Shown piece by piece: positions 47,816 through 57,290 of a stretch of DNA of 64,000 bases. This stretch comes from a candidate division FCPU426 bacterium (lineage in GTDB: Bacteria > Oederibacteriota > JAAXVQ01 > JAUVAV01), in the NCBI GenBank assembly GCA_040756875.1, contig JBFLYH010000002.1, forward strand, positions 735,078-799,077, in the 5' to 3' direction. The position numbers and the translations under genes are program-made. Each line of letters begins with the position of its first letter. The first letter of the stretch is position 1. The notes below the pieces were generated by a model. It did no database searches. It was given only the letters and a program-made list of their open reading frames with translations, and was not told the DNA's origin.

Positions 47816-49699
47816 TTAGCTCCCTTCGAGTGCGGCCAGCTTGTCTTCGAAATGCTTGGCCTTGATCTCCAGATTGCGCTGTGCCTTTTCCAGCTCCAGA
47901 TACAGAAAATCCACCTGAGCTTTAAGATCGCGGTTCTGCTTGGGCAGTTCGGCAATGGCTTTGGCGTCTCCCTGCACGGAGGCCTCGATCATCTGCTGGT
48001 TGTTCTGCCCCAGTTCAACTTCCAGGCGTTCGATCATCCGTTCCAATTCGTGCACTCGCGCTTCCAACGGGCGCACCGTTTTAGATTTCTCCTGGATCAG
48101 CTTCGCACGGGCCTGGCGCATTTCCTTGGGCTTGGCGGCTTCCGGCATCTTCGTCTGATCCGGCGGTGGGGCCGCGACGGTTTCCGGCAACGCTTCCTTG
48201 TCCGGATTGCCCTCATCCTCCCAGCCGATGTCATCCAAGAAGGACTGATAGGTGCCGTTGTACAAGCGGACGCGGTTGCGGTCGAAAATGATCAGCTTCT
48301 CGGCCAGGGTGTGCAAAAAGACTTCATCGTGGGTGACGAACACGATGGACCCCTCGAAATCCTGCATGGCGTCCAGCAAGGCTTCGCAGCTTTCCATGTC
48401 CAGGTGGTTGGTCGGCTCGTCCAGAAGCAGCAAGTGCGCCGGCTTGAGCAGCAGCTTGCCGAGCAGAACCCGGCTTTTTTCTCCTCCGGAGAGCACCTCG
48501 ATTTTTTTTAACGCCAGGTCTTCGCTAAACAGCATGACGCCGCAAATGGTCCGCGCCCGCTCGCGGTTGCGGTTGGGTTCGGCTTCGATCATTTCCTCTT
48601 CAATGCTCTTCTCCGGATCCAGGCGCAGGACGTTGGTTTGGCCGAAAAAAGCCGTCTCCAGTTTCGGATGCCGGCGGATGCCTCCGTGGGTGGGGTTCAG
48701 TTCTCCGGCCAGAAGCCTCAACAGCGTGGATTTGCCTTTTCCGTTTTTGCCGATCACCGCAATCCGTTCCCGCCGGCCCAGGTGGAATCCCAGGTTTTGG
48801 ATCAGCCAGGGCTGCCCGTCTTGGTAGCGGAATCCGAGATGCTGGGCCGAGAGCATTTCCTGGGCGGGGAATTCCTGGCTCGTAAAGGCGAAATCCACTT
48901 CTTCCAGCCTTTCCAACTGCTCCAGCTTGGGGCGCTTGGCCAGGGTTTTAATGCGTGATTGCACCAGGCCGGCCAGGCGAGCCTTGGCTCGGAAGCGGTT
49001 GATGAAAGTCTCGATCTCTTTCTCCCGGCGCTCGGCCCTGACGCGCGTTTTTTCATGGATCTCCTCTTCCTGCAGCAGTTGGGAATATAGCTTGGCCGTG
49101 GATCCCGGAAGTTTGCGCACCCGCCGGCGGTGGATGATCATGGTGTGCGTGGTCACGCTGTCCATGAACTGGCGGTCATGGGTGATCAGGATGAATTCCC
49201 GCTGCCATTGGCGCAGGAATTTTTCCAGCCAGCGGATGGACACGATGTCCAGGTAATTCGTCGGCTCATCGAGCAGCAGCAGGTCCGGCTCGGACACCAG
49301 GGTTTTGGTCAGGTTGAGCCGGATCTGATAGCCGCCGGAAAATTCCTGCGGCGGCCGTTCCAAATCCGGTTCCGTGAACCCCAATCCGAACAATATTTTT
49401 TCCACGCGCCAATGGTCGTCTGACTGGGCCGGCGGCAGGCCCAGGCAGGCCTCGGCCAGCAGCGTGGGCTGTGAGAACGACAGGTGCTGTTGCAGATAAC
49501 CGATGGTATATCCCCGCGGCAGGCTGATCTCCCCGCTATCCGCTTCCTCCTGCCCCAGCAGCAGCCGGAATAACGTCGTTTTACCGCTGCCGTTGCGGCC
49601 CACCAACCCGATCTTTTCTCCCGCGTTGACATTGAAGCTGACTTTGTCCAGCAGCAGCTGCGCGCCATAGGCTTTGGTCAATTCAGCGATTTTAATCAT
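47816..49699 (-). CDS. ABC-F family ATPase
   Basis: Two ABC domains (GRNGSGKTT..FSGG..LLLDEPTNYLD; GKNGKGKST..LSGGE..LLLDEPTNHLD), no TM segments, coiled-coil tail. Confidence 0.95.
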   Translation of the reverse strand: MIKIAELTKAYGAQLLLDKVSFNVNAGEKIGLVGRNGSGKTTLFRLLLGQEEADSGEISLPRGYTIGYLQQHLSFSQPTLLAEACLGLPPAQSDDHWRVEKILFGLGFTEPDLERPPQEFSGGYQIRLNLTKTLVSEPDLLLLDEPTNYLDIVSIRWLEKFLRQWQREFILITHDRQFMDSVTTHTMIIHRRRVRKLPGSTAKLYSQLLQEEEIHEKTRVRAERREKEIETFINRFRAKARLAGLVQSRIKTLAKRPKLEQLERLEEVDFAFTSQEFPAQEMLSAQHLGFRYQDGQPWLIQNLGFHLGRRERIAVIGKNGKGKSTLLRLLAGELNPTHGGIRRHPKLETAFFGQTNVLRLDPEKSIEEEMIEAEPNRNRERARTICGVMLFSEDLALKKIEVLSGGEKSRVLLGKLLLKPAHLLLLDEPTNHLDMESCEALLDAMQDFEGSIVFVTHDEVFLHTLAEKLIIFDRNRVRLYNGTYQSFLDDIGWEDEGNPDKEALPETVAAPPPDQTKMPEAAKPKEMRQARAKLIQEKSKTVRPLEARVHELERMIERLEVELGQNNQQMIEASVQGDAKAIAELPKQNRDLKAQVDFLYLELEKAQRNLEIKAKHFEDKLAALEGS

Positions 49700-49840
49700 T
49701 CTTTCCGTCCCTGTAAAAAATTGGTTCCCATTATACTCATTTTTCATTTAGCTGGAAGCAGGTTCAGGAGCTCTCGCACATTTCATTCACGTTGAACAAA
49801 AACGCACGCCGGGAAAAGAAGGTCTTGAAATCAATTAAAA

Positions 49841-49888
49841 AATCAATATCTTGTGGTATGATACTGAGTAAAACCTCATATATAGTGT
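49841..49888 (+). promoter_or_regulatory. Tandem NrdR boxes
   Basis: AATCAATATCTTGTGG (49841-49856) and ACCTCATATATAGTGT (49873-49888), 32 bp apart, resemble the consensus acaCwAtATaTwGtgt and lie upstream of nrdJ. Confidence 0.8.
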
Positions 49889-49964
49889 ATATTCAGAGTA
49901 TTTGCTTGACACCCCACGGTCCCCGGACTAAGATGGCTTCCCTTATCCTGTGTGGAGGTCAGAA

Positions 49965-52220
49965 ATGTCCCAGCCAGCATCCAACTCGATTCAACTATCC
50001 CCCAATGCCCTGAGGGTTCTGGAAAAACGCTATCTCCGGCGCGACCAGTCGGAAAAAGTGGTGGAAACGCCCGAAGCCATGTTCCGCCGGGTGGCGGACA
50101 ATATCGCGGCGGTTGACCGGCGGCATGATCCCGAGACCGACGTGCAACCCGTCTCAGAGGAATTTTTTCAGTTGATGACCTCGCTGGAATTCCTGCCCAA
50201 CTCGCCCACGCTGATGAATGCCGGCCGGGATCTGCAGCAACTGTCCGCCTGCTTTGTCCTGCCCATCGAAGACTCCATGGACTCCATTTTCGAAACCGTA
50301 AAAAACGCCGCCCTGATCCATAAAAGTGGCGGCGGCACGGGGTTCTCCTTTTCACGCCTGCGTCCGGTCAACGACCGGGTGCGCTCAACCAACGGATGCG
50401 CCAGCGGGCCGGTCTCCTTCATGAAGGTTTTCAACGCCGCCACCGAAGCGGTCAAGCAGGGCGGCACGCGCCGCGGGGCCAACATGGCCATCCTGCGCGT
50501 GGATCACCCGGATATCATGGAATACATACACTGCAAGCAGGACACCAGGGAACTCACCAACTTCAACATCAGCGTAGCGCTTACGGACCGTTTCATGCAG
50601 GCCGTGGAGGCGGATGCCGAATATGAGCTTATGAATCCGCGGACCCGGCAGGTCGCCGGCCAGCTCAAAGCCCGGGACGTTTTCACGCAGATCGTGCACA
50701 ATGCCTGGCAGACCGGCGAACCCGGCATCGTCTTTATCGACCGCATCAACGCAGCCAACCCCACGCCCGCATTGGGCGAGATCGAAAGCACCAACCCCTG
50801 CGGCGAACAGCCGCTCCTGCCGTACGAAGCCTGCAACCTTGGCTCCGTCAACCTGGCGTTGATGGTCATGGAAAAGGACGGCACGCAAGTGGTGGACTAC
50901 GGCCGCCTGCGGCGCGTGGTGCGCAGCGCCGTGCATTTTCTGGACAATGTCATCGACGCTTCGGTCTTTCCCCTGCCGCAAATCGACCAGCTGGTCAAAA
51001 CCAACCGCAAAATCGGCTTGGGCGTCATGGGCTTCGCGGACCTGCTGCTCAAACTCGGAATTCCCTACAATTCGGACCGCGCCCTCCAGTTGGCCGAAGG
51101 GCTGATGAAATTCATCGACGACGAAAGCAAGCAGATGTCGCACGAACTGGCCGTGCGCCGCGGCGCTTTCCCGGCCTTTGATCAAAGCGTTTATGCCCGA
51201 CAGGGCGCTCCCATTCTGCGCAACGCCACCACCACCACGATTGCGCCCACGGGGACCATCAGCATCCTGGCCGGGGTCAGCTCGGGCATCGAACCCCTGT
51301 TTGCCATCTCCTACGTGCGCAATGTCATGGACCGCGACCAGCTGCCCGAGGTGAATCCGGTCTTCGAACAGACCGCCCACCTCCACGGTTTCTGGTCCCT
51401 CGACCTCATGCGGGACATCGCCAAGCATGGCACCATCCAGGAGATGGATAGCATCCCCGAGGAAATACGGCGCGTGTTTGTCACGGCCCACGACATTACG
51501 CCCCTGTGGCATGTGCACATGCAGGCCGCGTTCCAGCGCCATACGGACAACGCCGTATCCAAAACCGTGAATTTCCCGCGCACGGCCACGGAAGGGGACG
51601 TGGAGGAAGTTTTCCGGGAGGCTTTCAATACGCAATGCAAAGGCGTCACCATCTACCGTGACGGCAGCCGCGAGGGGCAGGTCCTCTCCGTCGGCGCTTC
51701 CGCGCCGGCGGCCGCGCCCGCCGAAACGCCCGCCCATATGCTGGAACCCCGCAAGCGGCCGGAAGTGACTTTCGGACGCACGGAAAAACTCAAGACCGGT
51801 TGCGGCAACCTGTACATTACCCTCAACCACGATGACACCGGCCTGTTCGAAATCTTCACGCAAATGGGAAAATCCGGCGGCTGTGCCGCGGCCCAGTCCG
51901 AAGCCATCGCCCGCCTCGTTTCCCTGGCCCTCCGCGCCAATGTCAATCCGGAATCCATTGTGAAAAACATTAGGGGCATCCGCTGCTCGCACCCGGCCTG
52001 GGTCAACGGCGGCATGGTTCTGTCCTGCCCGGACGCCATCGGTTTGGCCATGGAAAGCTATCTGAAATGGCGCCAGGGCGACGTCGCGGATACCAAGCTG
52101 GCCAGCGGCCTCTCGGCCCTGGATCAGCTTACCGGCGCCTGTCCGGAATGCGGCGGCACCATTGAACATGAAAGCGGCTGTCTGGTCTGCAAAGCCTGCG
52201 GGTTCTCCCGCTGCGGTTGA
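49965..52220 (+). CDS. nrdJ: Class II (adenosylcobalamin-dependent) ribonucleotide reductase
   Basis: FLPNSPTLMNAG, LSACFV, TNPCGEQPL, ACNLGS, TIAPTGT; C-terminal TGCG domain and Zn-ribbon CPEC..CKAC; GGAGG RBS. Confidence 0.96.
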   Translation: MSQPASNSIQLSPNALRVLEKRYLRRDQSEKVVETPEAMFRRVADNIAAVDRRHDPETDVQPVSEEFFQLMTSLEFLPNSPTLMNAGRDLQQLSACFVLPIEDSMDSIFETVKNAALIHKSGGGTGFSFSRLRPVNDRVRSTNGCASGPVSFMKVFNAATEAVKQGGTRRGANMAILRVDHPDIMEYIHCKQDTRELTNFNISVALTDRFMQAVEADAEYELMNPRTRQVAGQLKARDVFTQIVHNAWQTGEPGIVFIDRINAANPTPALGEIESTNPCGEQPLLPYEACNLGSVNLALMVMEKDGTQVVDYGRLRRVVRSAVHFLDNVIDASVFPLPQIDQLVKTNRKIGLGVMGFADLLLKLGIPYNSDRALQLAEGLMKFIDDESKQMSHELAVRRGAFPAFDQSVYARQGAPILRNATTTTIAPTGTISILAGVSSGIEPLFAISYVRNVMDRDQLPEVNPVFEQTAHLHGFWSLDLMRDIAKHGTIQEMDSIPEEIRRVFVTAHDITPLWHVHMQAAFQRHTDNAVSKTVNFPRTATEGDVEEVFREAFNTQCKGVTIYRDGSREGQVLSVGASAPAAAPAETPAHMLEPRKRPEVTFGRTEKLKTGCGNLYITLNHDDTGLFEIFTQMGKSGGCAAAQSEAIARLVSLALRANVNPESIVKNIRGIRCSHPAWVNGGMVLSCPDAIGLAMESYLKWRQGDVADTKLASGLSALDQLTGACPECGGTIEHESGCLVCKACGFSRCG

Positions 52221-52263
52221 ATAGCCGCCGGCAGTCGCCGGCTCGAAAAGGTGAGGAGGCACG

Positions 52264-53328
52264 ATGACACGCTCCCGCGTTCCGCGTTCCACCCGCCCCG
52301 CTCCGGCGGTGCTTCTGCCGGAGGAACGGGATTTCGCCCGCTGGCTCGCCAAAGACGCCTCGGTGGTGGATTATTTTGCCGGCGCCATGGCCGGCGTTCC
52401 GCGCGAATTATGGAGCACGCTGGAATCCTTGCGCAAGCGCAAGGGCCGCTCCCTGTACGTGGAACTCTTGTACGCCCTCACCCATAAATACTTCCGCGCC
52501 TCCGATGCGCGCCGTCTGTGGACCGCCCTGGTGCGCCACCGGGAGGAAATGAACCGTTCGCTCAAGCGCGTGGTGGGGCTCAAAGTCGCGGCCTTGGATT
52601 ATTTCGACGGCCAACCCGAGCATCTGCGGGATTTGCAGCTCCTGCCGGCCGAAGACCTGGACAATCTGATGATTTCCGCCCATCAGGACGGGTTGACCGG
52701 GCTTTCCAACCACCGCTACTTCCAGGAACGCTTGCGCGAGGAAATCATCCGCAGCCACCGTTACCACCACACCTTCGGCTTGCTGTTCCTGGACCTGGAC
52801 CGTTTCAAGCAGTACAACGACACCCACGGCCATCCCCAGGGAGACCGCTTGCTCCAGGAAGTCGCGCGGCGTCTTAAAAGCGCCTGCCGCCAATCCGACG
52901 TGGTCGCCCGCTACGGCGGAGACGAGTTTGCCGTGATTTTGCCGGAAACCGCCACGCGCCCCTGCCTTAAAGTGGCTCTGCGCCTGCTCGAGACCCTGGC
53001 CCACCCGGTGCCTGTGAAACTCCCCGCGGCGACTAAAGGAAGCCGCGGGGCTTCCAAATGTCACCCCCGAACCCCTCATCCCTCCCTCTGCATTCCTTCG
53101 GGACACGACGGGTCTGTGGTGAAGGGGGTCAAATCCGAGGCGCATGACATTCCCGTGGTCTCGGTTTCCATAGGGCTGAGCCTTTATCCCGGCGACGGGC
53201 TGGTCGCCGAACGACTGATCTCCTCGGCTGACCGGGCCTTGTACCGCGCCAAACACAGCGGCCGCAACTGCCTCAGCCACGGCGCACGCATTTTGCGCCG
53301 GCCTTTGTCCCGCAACACCAGGGCTTAA
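52264..53328 (+). CDS. Diguanylate cyclase (GGDEF) with internal insertion
   Basis: DGLTGLSN, DLDRFKQYND, RQSD I-site, RYGGDEF, VSIG, ADRALYRAK. Confidence 0.93.
   Translation: MTRSRVPRSTRPAPAVLLPEERDFARWLAKDASVVDYFAGAMAGVPRELWSTLESLRKRKGRSLYVELLYALTHKYFRASDARRLWTALVRHREEMNRSLKRVVGLKVAALDYFDGQPEHLRDLQLLPAEDLDNLMISAHQDGLTGLSNHRYFQERLREEIIRSHRYHHTFGLLFLDLDRFKQYNDTHGHPQGDRLLQEVARRLKSACRQSDVVARYGGDEFAVILPETATRPCLKVALRLLETLAHPVPVKLPAATKGSRGASKCHPRTPHPSLCIPSGHDGSVVKGVKSEAHDIPVVSVSIGLSLYPGDGLVAERLISSADRALYRAKHSGRNCLSHGARILRRPLSRNTRA
53014..53133. mobile_element. Putative in-frame palindromic (MITE/REP-like) insertion
   Basis: Hairpin CCCCGCGGC/GCCGCGGGG (53022-53050), bounded by GTGAAA...GTCAAA. 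Adds about 38 atypical codons inside the GGDEF domain. Confidence 0.55.
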
Positions 53329-53442
53329 CCCCCCGCCAAATCCGCCGAAGATATTCATAGCGCTCAAGGGCCCTTCCTGCCAAGGACGGCGCATTTTGGC
53401 CCTGCGCCGCAAATCACTCTGCCACACCTCCAGGAGGCCGCT

Positions 53443-53832
53443 ATGAAACCCCAGCGCCGCAAACATGCACGGCGATCGGTTCGCGTACCCGTTCTCTGCC
53501 GGATTCGAAACCGTAAAAACGAGATCGTCATTTCCGCGGTGGGAAAAACCAACAACATCAGCTTGGGCGGCATGAACGTCTCCCTCCCTGTCCACCTGCT
53601 GAAACTGAATTCCCGGTTGGTGGAATACACCGCCGAATTGCCGGAACCTTTCGCGCCCCTGGCCGGCAAGGGCGTGATCCGCTGGGGATACTGGGATGAA
53701 AAGAACTGGCAAACGACTTTCGGTTTGGAATTATGCTGGCTGGAAGACGATCAAATTGCGGAACTGGAAGATTTTCTCCGTCACCTCAACGAGCAATCCG
53801 AGACGCCCTTTTTCAGCACCATGAACAACTGA
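53443..53832 (+). CDS. PilZ domain protein
   Basis: RKHAR (RxxxR) and NISLGG (N/DxSxxG) motifs; AGGAGG RBS. Confidence 0.85.
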   Translation: MKPQRRKHARRSVRVPVLCRIRNRKNEIVISAVGKTNNISLGGMNVSLPVHLLKLNSRLVEYTAELPEPFAPLAGKGVIRWGYWDEKNWQTTFGLELCWLEDDQIAELEDFLRHLNEQSETPFFSTMNN

Positions 53833-53953
53833 CACCTCTTGTTCCGGCTTGTTTTCCTCCAAGGGCGACCGCTTTATGCATCCGGCAGGGAATGCTGGTT
53901 TCGACCGCGCTTTTTTGTTATAGTGGGCGAAAGCTGACAAGGAGCGGAACGCC

Positions 53954-54427
53954 GTGTCCAACCTGAAAGAACTGCTTGAGTTTGCCCAGCGAATTGAGGA
54001 AAACGGCCTGCGTTTCTACGAGGAAGCCATGCGCTCCGCACCTTCGACTGAGGTCCGGCTGCTCTTCGAATACCTGGCCGAAGAAGAAGCGGCGCATCAA
54101 AAAACCTTTGTCCGGCTGCAGGCGGATGCTGACCTCCTGTCCCATGCCTACCCCGAGAACCTCGATAATTTCGCCTTCTTGCGGGCCTTTGTCCACCACG
54201 TGATTTTTTCCCCGGAGTTGAAGGTCCAAGCCTCTGCACTGCGAAATACGGCGGAGGTGATCCGCTTTGCGATGCGCCGGGAAACCGAATCGCTTCTATA
54301 CTACGAGGAAATCAAACAGCTTTTTTCAACTCCGGCTCACGACGTGCTCGACCGCATCATCAGCGAAGAAACCCAGCATTATCTCAAGCTCTCCCGGCTT
54401 TTGGAAAAACTGGAGGCCACCGGTTAA
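53954..54427 (+). CDS. Ferritin-like / rubrerythrin family protein
   Basis: IEENGLRFY, LAEEEAAH, RETESLLYY, SEETQH diiron pattern. Confidence 0.88.
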   Translation: MSNLKELLEFAQRIEENGLRFYEEAMRSAPSTEVRLLFEYLAEEEAAHQKTFVRLQADADLLSHAYPENLDNFAFLRAFVHHVIFSPELKVQASALRNTAEVIRFAMRRETESLLYYEEIKQLFSTPAHDVLDRIISEETQHYLKLSRLLEKLEATG

Positions 54428-54624
54428 TCAGCGTTCGGATTGAGGCCCGTCCGGTTTGGCGCCGGTTTCTTATCCTTGTGGGCGCTATAAAACGCCTGAA
54501 TAGCTTCCAAATTTTCCAGAATGAGTTTGGCTTTCGCCAGCCCAAACGTAAATCCATACTGGTCGTCTTCACTGCGTTTTAAGGTTATCACCGCATTGCC
54601 TTTAAATTCACCGATCGTATGCAT
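54424..54624 (-). CDS. Small hypothetical protein
   Basis: 66 aa (EFKGNAVITLKR..FTFGLAKAKLILEN) with AAGGAG RBS; function unknown. Confidence 0.7.
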   Translation of the reverse strand: MHTIGEFKGNAVITLKRSEDDQYGFTFGLAKAKLILENLEAIQAFYSAHKDKKPAPNRTGLNPNAD

Positions 54625-54715
54625 GCCTGATCTCCTTCCCAGAGAACCGTTTTGGCCGGGTGTTTATAGAATAGACCGTTCCCGCGGGAAAATATTTCGT
54701 CCCTTTTGTGTTTTT

Positions 54716-55672
54716 TTATTTGTGGATCCCTCCCGCTGACTGCACTTTCCAGACCGCGATGGGATCCCAGCCGGCCGGTGAAGTGGCCGGCGGGCCGCTC
54801 CAGGCTCCGGCCAGCCCTAATTCCCGCGCCGCCAGCTCGAAATGACATAGGGCGATCCCCATGTCCAAGCGCTGAATATCCTCGGCTTGCAGGAAAACAC
54901 GGGCTGCCTGGCTGTACCACTGATTGCGTTTCAAGTAAAACTGAAACCGTGTCCGGTCGGCGCTCGCCAGCACCCGCCACGGCTGGCGGTTGGAAGCCGA
55001 AGGCCCAAGCCGTACTGCTTCCAAGACCGGGGCAAAAACACCGGCTGCCTCCGGAGTCATGGGTTGCAGGGATTCCTCCAAAAAAAACAGTTCCTCCCAC
55101 TTTTTCCGGGCATGTGCTTGGGCTCCCCAGCGCAAGGCTTGATCCTGCAGTGTGGGTCGCTCGGCCGGCAGTCCAACGGGAGTCATGGCCGGAATATACT
55201 CGCCGGAAGCAGTCTGCAAATGGAGGGCAATTTCCGTGCGATGCAGTGCCCCGCCCAGCCAGCAGGTCGCCAATCCTAAATCCGTCGCCCGGAGAACGAT
55301 CCACTCTAGAGCATATCCGAAATTCTCCAATGCGCCAGGACCTGGGCGGACTGCTCCCGCAATATACTGCTTCGCCCCCTGAATTGTGCCATAAGTCCCG
55401 ATTTTACGGGGCTGGGTCAGGATATTGCCTACGTCAAGCAAAGCAAACCGGACAGGCACAGGAAACGGGCCCTTCGCCGGCTGGCCGAGCGCCTGTTCCA
55501 CGGCGGTTCTAAGCGGTTTTTCCAATGGCACCGGCTGGTAGGTTCTGCATGAACGGCGTCTGGAAATTAAATCCAAAACCGATTGGCTGAATCCGTCCAC
55601 CAAGGTTCTCCTCGTTCTGCCGATACTTGCCTTGGGCATTGCATTTTCAACTGGCTGTGCGAAAATGTCCAC
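54716..55672 (-). CDS. Nitroreductase family protein
   Basis: RRRSCRTY, GLATCWLGG, LGPSASNRQPW, DMGIALCHF. The start position is uncertain. Confidence 0.88.
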   Translation of the reverse strand: MDIFAQPVENAMPKASIGRTRRTLVDGFSQSVLDLISRRRSCRTYQPVPLEKPLRTAVEQALGQPAKGPFPVPVRFALLDVGNILTQPRKIGTYGTIQGAKQYIAGAVRPGPGALENFGYALEWIVLRATDLGLATCWLGGALHRTEIALHLQTASGEYIPAMTPVGLPAERPTLQDQALRWGAQAHARKKWEELFFLEESLQPMTPEAAGVFAPVLEAVRLGPSASNRQPWRVLASADRTRFQFYLKRNQWYSQAARVFLQAEDIQRLDMGIALCHFELAARELGLAGAWSGPPATSPAGWDPIAVWKVQSAGGIHK

Positions 55673-55697
55673 ATCTTATTGATCGGAGCGTTCTGGT

Positions 55698-56174
55698 ATG
55701 CGTGTCATCGCCTTGTGGCTTCTGCTCTTTGGGTTGTGGTCCGTTCCTGCGGGGGTTCGGGCCGATTCCCTGGCGCCAGAACTCCCTCCCTCCGAACCAC
55801 CTGTGGACGGCGTTTTTTGGGAAACCCTGAGCCAACCGGAGCAGACCGCCCAAAAAACCCGTGAAATGTTCACGGCTGGATTTGTGGCTGGGTATGATTA
55901 TGCGTTGGACTTGGTCATCGCCGCCTTGGCGGCGCCTGAATTGGATTACAACGCCAGACAGTTTTCGGAATTCACGGCCAATCAAAAATTCCCTTCACGT
56001 CTGCACACGCTGCAGCTCCAGGCCTTGCTGGACAATTTTTATTCCGTGGCAGCCAACCGCCATCTGCCCCTGTTCGTGGCTTTTACGTATGCGCGCCAAA
56101 TTTTGGCCGGGTATCCGGAGGCATACAGCAGGCAGTATTTGGAGGATATGCGGCGGAAATACCCAGGCCCTTAA
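55698..56174 (+). CDS. Hypothetical exported protein
   Basis: Signal-peptide-like N-terminus; GGAG upstream; fills the gap between its neighbours. Confidence 0.65.
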   Translation: MRVIALWLLLFGLWSVPAGVRADSLAPELPPSEPPVDGVFWETLSQPEQTAQKTREMFTAGFVAGYDYALDLVIAALAAPELDYNARQFSEFTANQKFPSRLHTLQLQALLDNFYSVAANRHLPLFVAFTYARQILAGYPEAYSRQYLEDMRRKYPGP

Positions 56175-56182
56175 ATTTCTGT

Positions 56183-57283
56183 TCAGCTTCCCTGGCTAAT
56201 ATCTCGGCCTTTCCAGGTCATCCCTCTTTTCCGCCAAACCAGCGCGGACCAGGAAAAAATCCCCAGGAAAAAAACCAGAAAAATGGGAAAAAATGCCGAT
56301 GTGTGCCATTTGAAGGCGCCTGTCCGCCCCAGGTGCCAGGCTACCTGCCCGGCGAAGAGCGCATAGACTGTTCCCCACAGGATGAAGTCTGGCCAAGTCC
56401 ATAATATCAAGGCCTGCGCGAAAAATGCGGTGCCTATGACCTGTCCGCTAATCCAGGCGATAATCAACAGCATTATAATCCCCGGAGTCTGGCCTGCTCC
56501 CATGGCGAATGATTTACCCCATCCTCGTATAAGGTCTGCAATTCCTCCTGGATAGAGCCTGACATTCACCGCCCCGAAGCCGCCACATAGACGCACAGAC
56601 ACGCCCTGTTCGGCCAAAGGGCGGGCCAGAGAGTAATTTTCCAGAATTTTATCCTTTACCGCCGCATGGCCGCCTATCCGGAAGTATGTCTCGCGACCGA
56701 GCGCCAGGCACGGACCAAATAATCCTGCTGGCTTGACCCGGTCTGCGAGCACTGTAAAAGCGTTCACGCCGGCGATTTGCAGGATGTTGAAATAGGCTGA
56801 AAACTGTTCCTGCCAAGTGACTGGGCGATGATAAGGTGACAGCGAGAGCGCGGCGTTCGGCTGTTTCAGAGTATCGATCATGCGTTGCAACCCGCCGGGC
56901 TCCAGAACCGTGTCCGCATCTAAAAAGACCAAAACTTCGCCTGTGGCCTGCTCCGCCCCTTGCTGGCAGGCCCAGGGTTTTCCCAGCCAGCCGGCAGGCA
57001 GCGGTTGAGAAGCCAGCACTGCCGCCCCTCCGCCTCGCGCGACTTCGGCCGTCCGGTCCTGCGAGTGATCGTCCACTACTATGATTTCTTCGGGCCGCGG
57101 GTCCTGTTGGACCAGGGACGGCAGAAGAATCCTCAGATTTTGCTCCTCATTGCGCGCCGGGATGATGACGCTGACCCGCGGCTGCCAGGTCCGCCCGGGA
57201 TTAATGCGACAGCGGGGCACGTGCCAGAGCAAGACGACCCCCGCAAGCCACGCCAGACCCGCCAGGATCAATATCCATAGCAT
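56183..57283 (-). CDS. crtQ: GT2 glycosyltransferase, CrtQ-like (diapocarotenoate glycosyltransferase)
   Basis: IIPARNEE, VDDHSQD, PAGWLGKPWAC, FLDAD; lies directly downstream of crtP. Confidence 0.75.
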   Translation of the reverse strand: MLWILILAGLAWLAGVVLLWHVPRCRINPGRTWQPRVSVIIPARNEEQNLRILLPSLVQQDPRPEEIIVVDDHSQDRTAEVARGGGAAVLASQPLPAGWLGKPWACQQGAEQATGEVLVFLDADTVLEPGGLQRMIDTLKQPNAALSLSPYHRPVTWQEQFSAYFNILQIAGVNAFTVLADRVKPAGLFGPCLALGRETYFRIGGHAAVKDKILENYSLARPLAEQGVSVRLCGGFGAVNVRLYPGGIADLIRGWGKSFAMGAGQTPGIIMLLIIAWISGQVIGTAFFAQALILWTWPDFILWGTVYALFAGQVAWHLGRTGAFKWHTSAFFPIFLVFFLGIFSWSALVWRKRGMTWKGRDISQGS

Positions 57284-57290
57284 GGCTGCG

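Noticed and set aside
49750-49960. Cobalamin riboswitch upstream of the B12-dependent nrdJ
   Set aside because: No B12-box or conserved core visible; the region is explained by the promoter and NrdR boxes.
50385-52352. 655-aa minus-strand ORF
   Set aside because: Antisense shadow of nrdJ.
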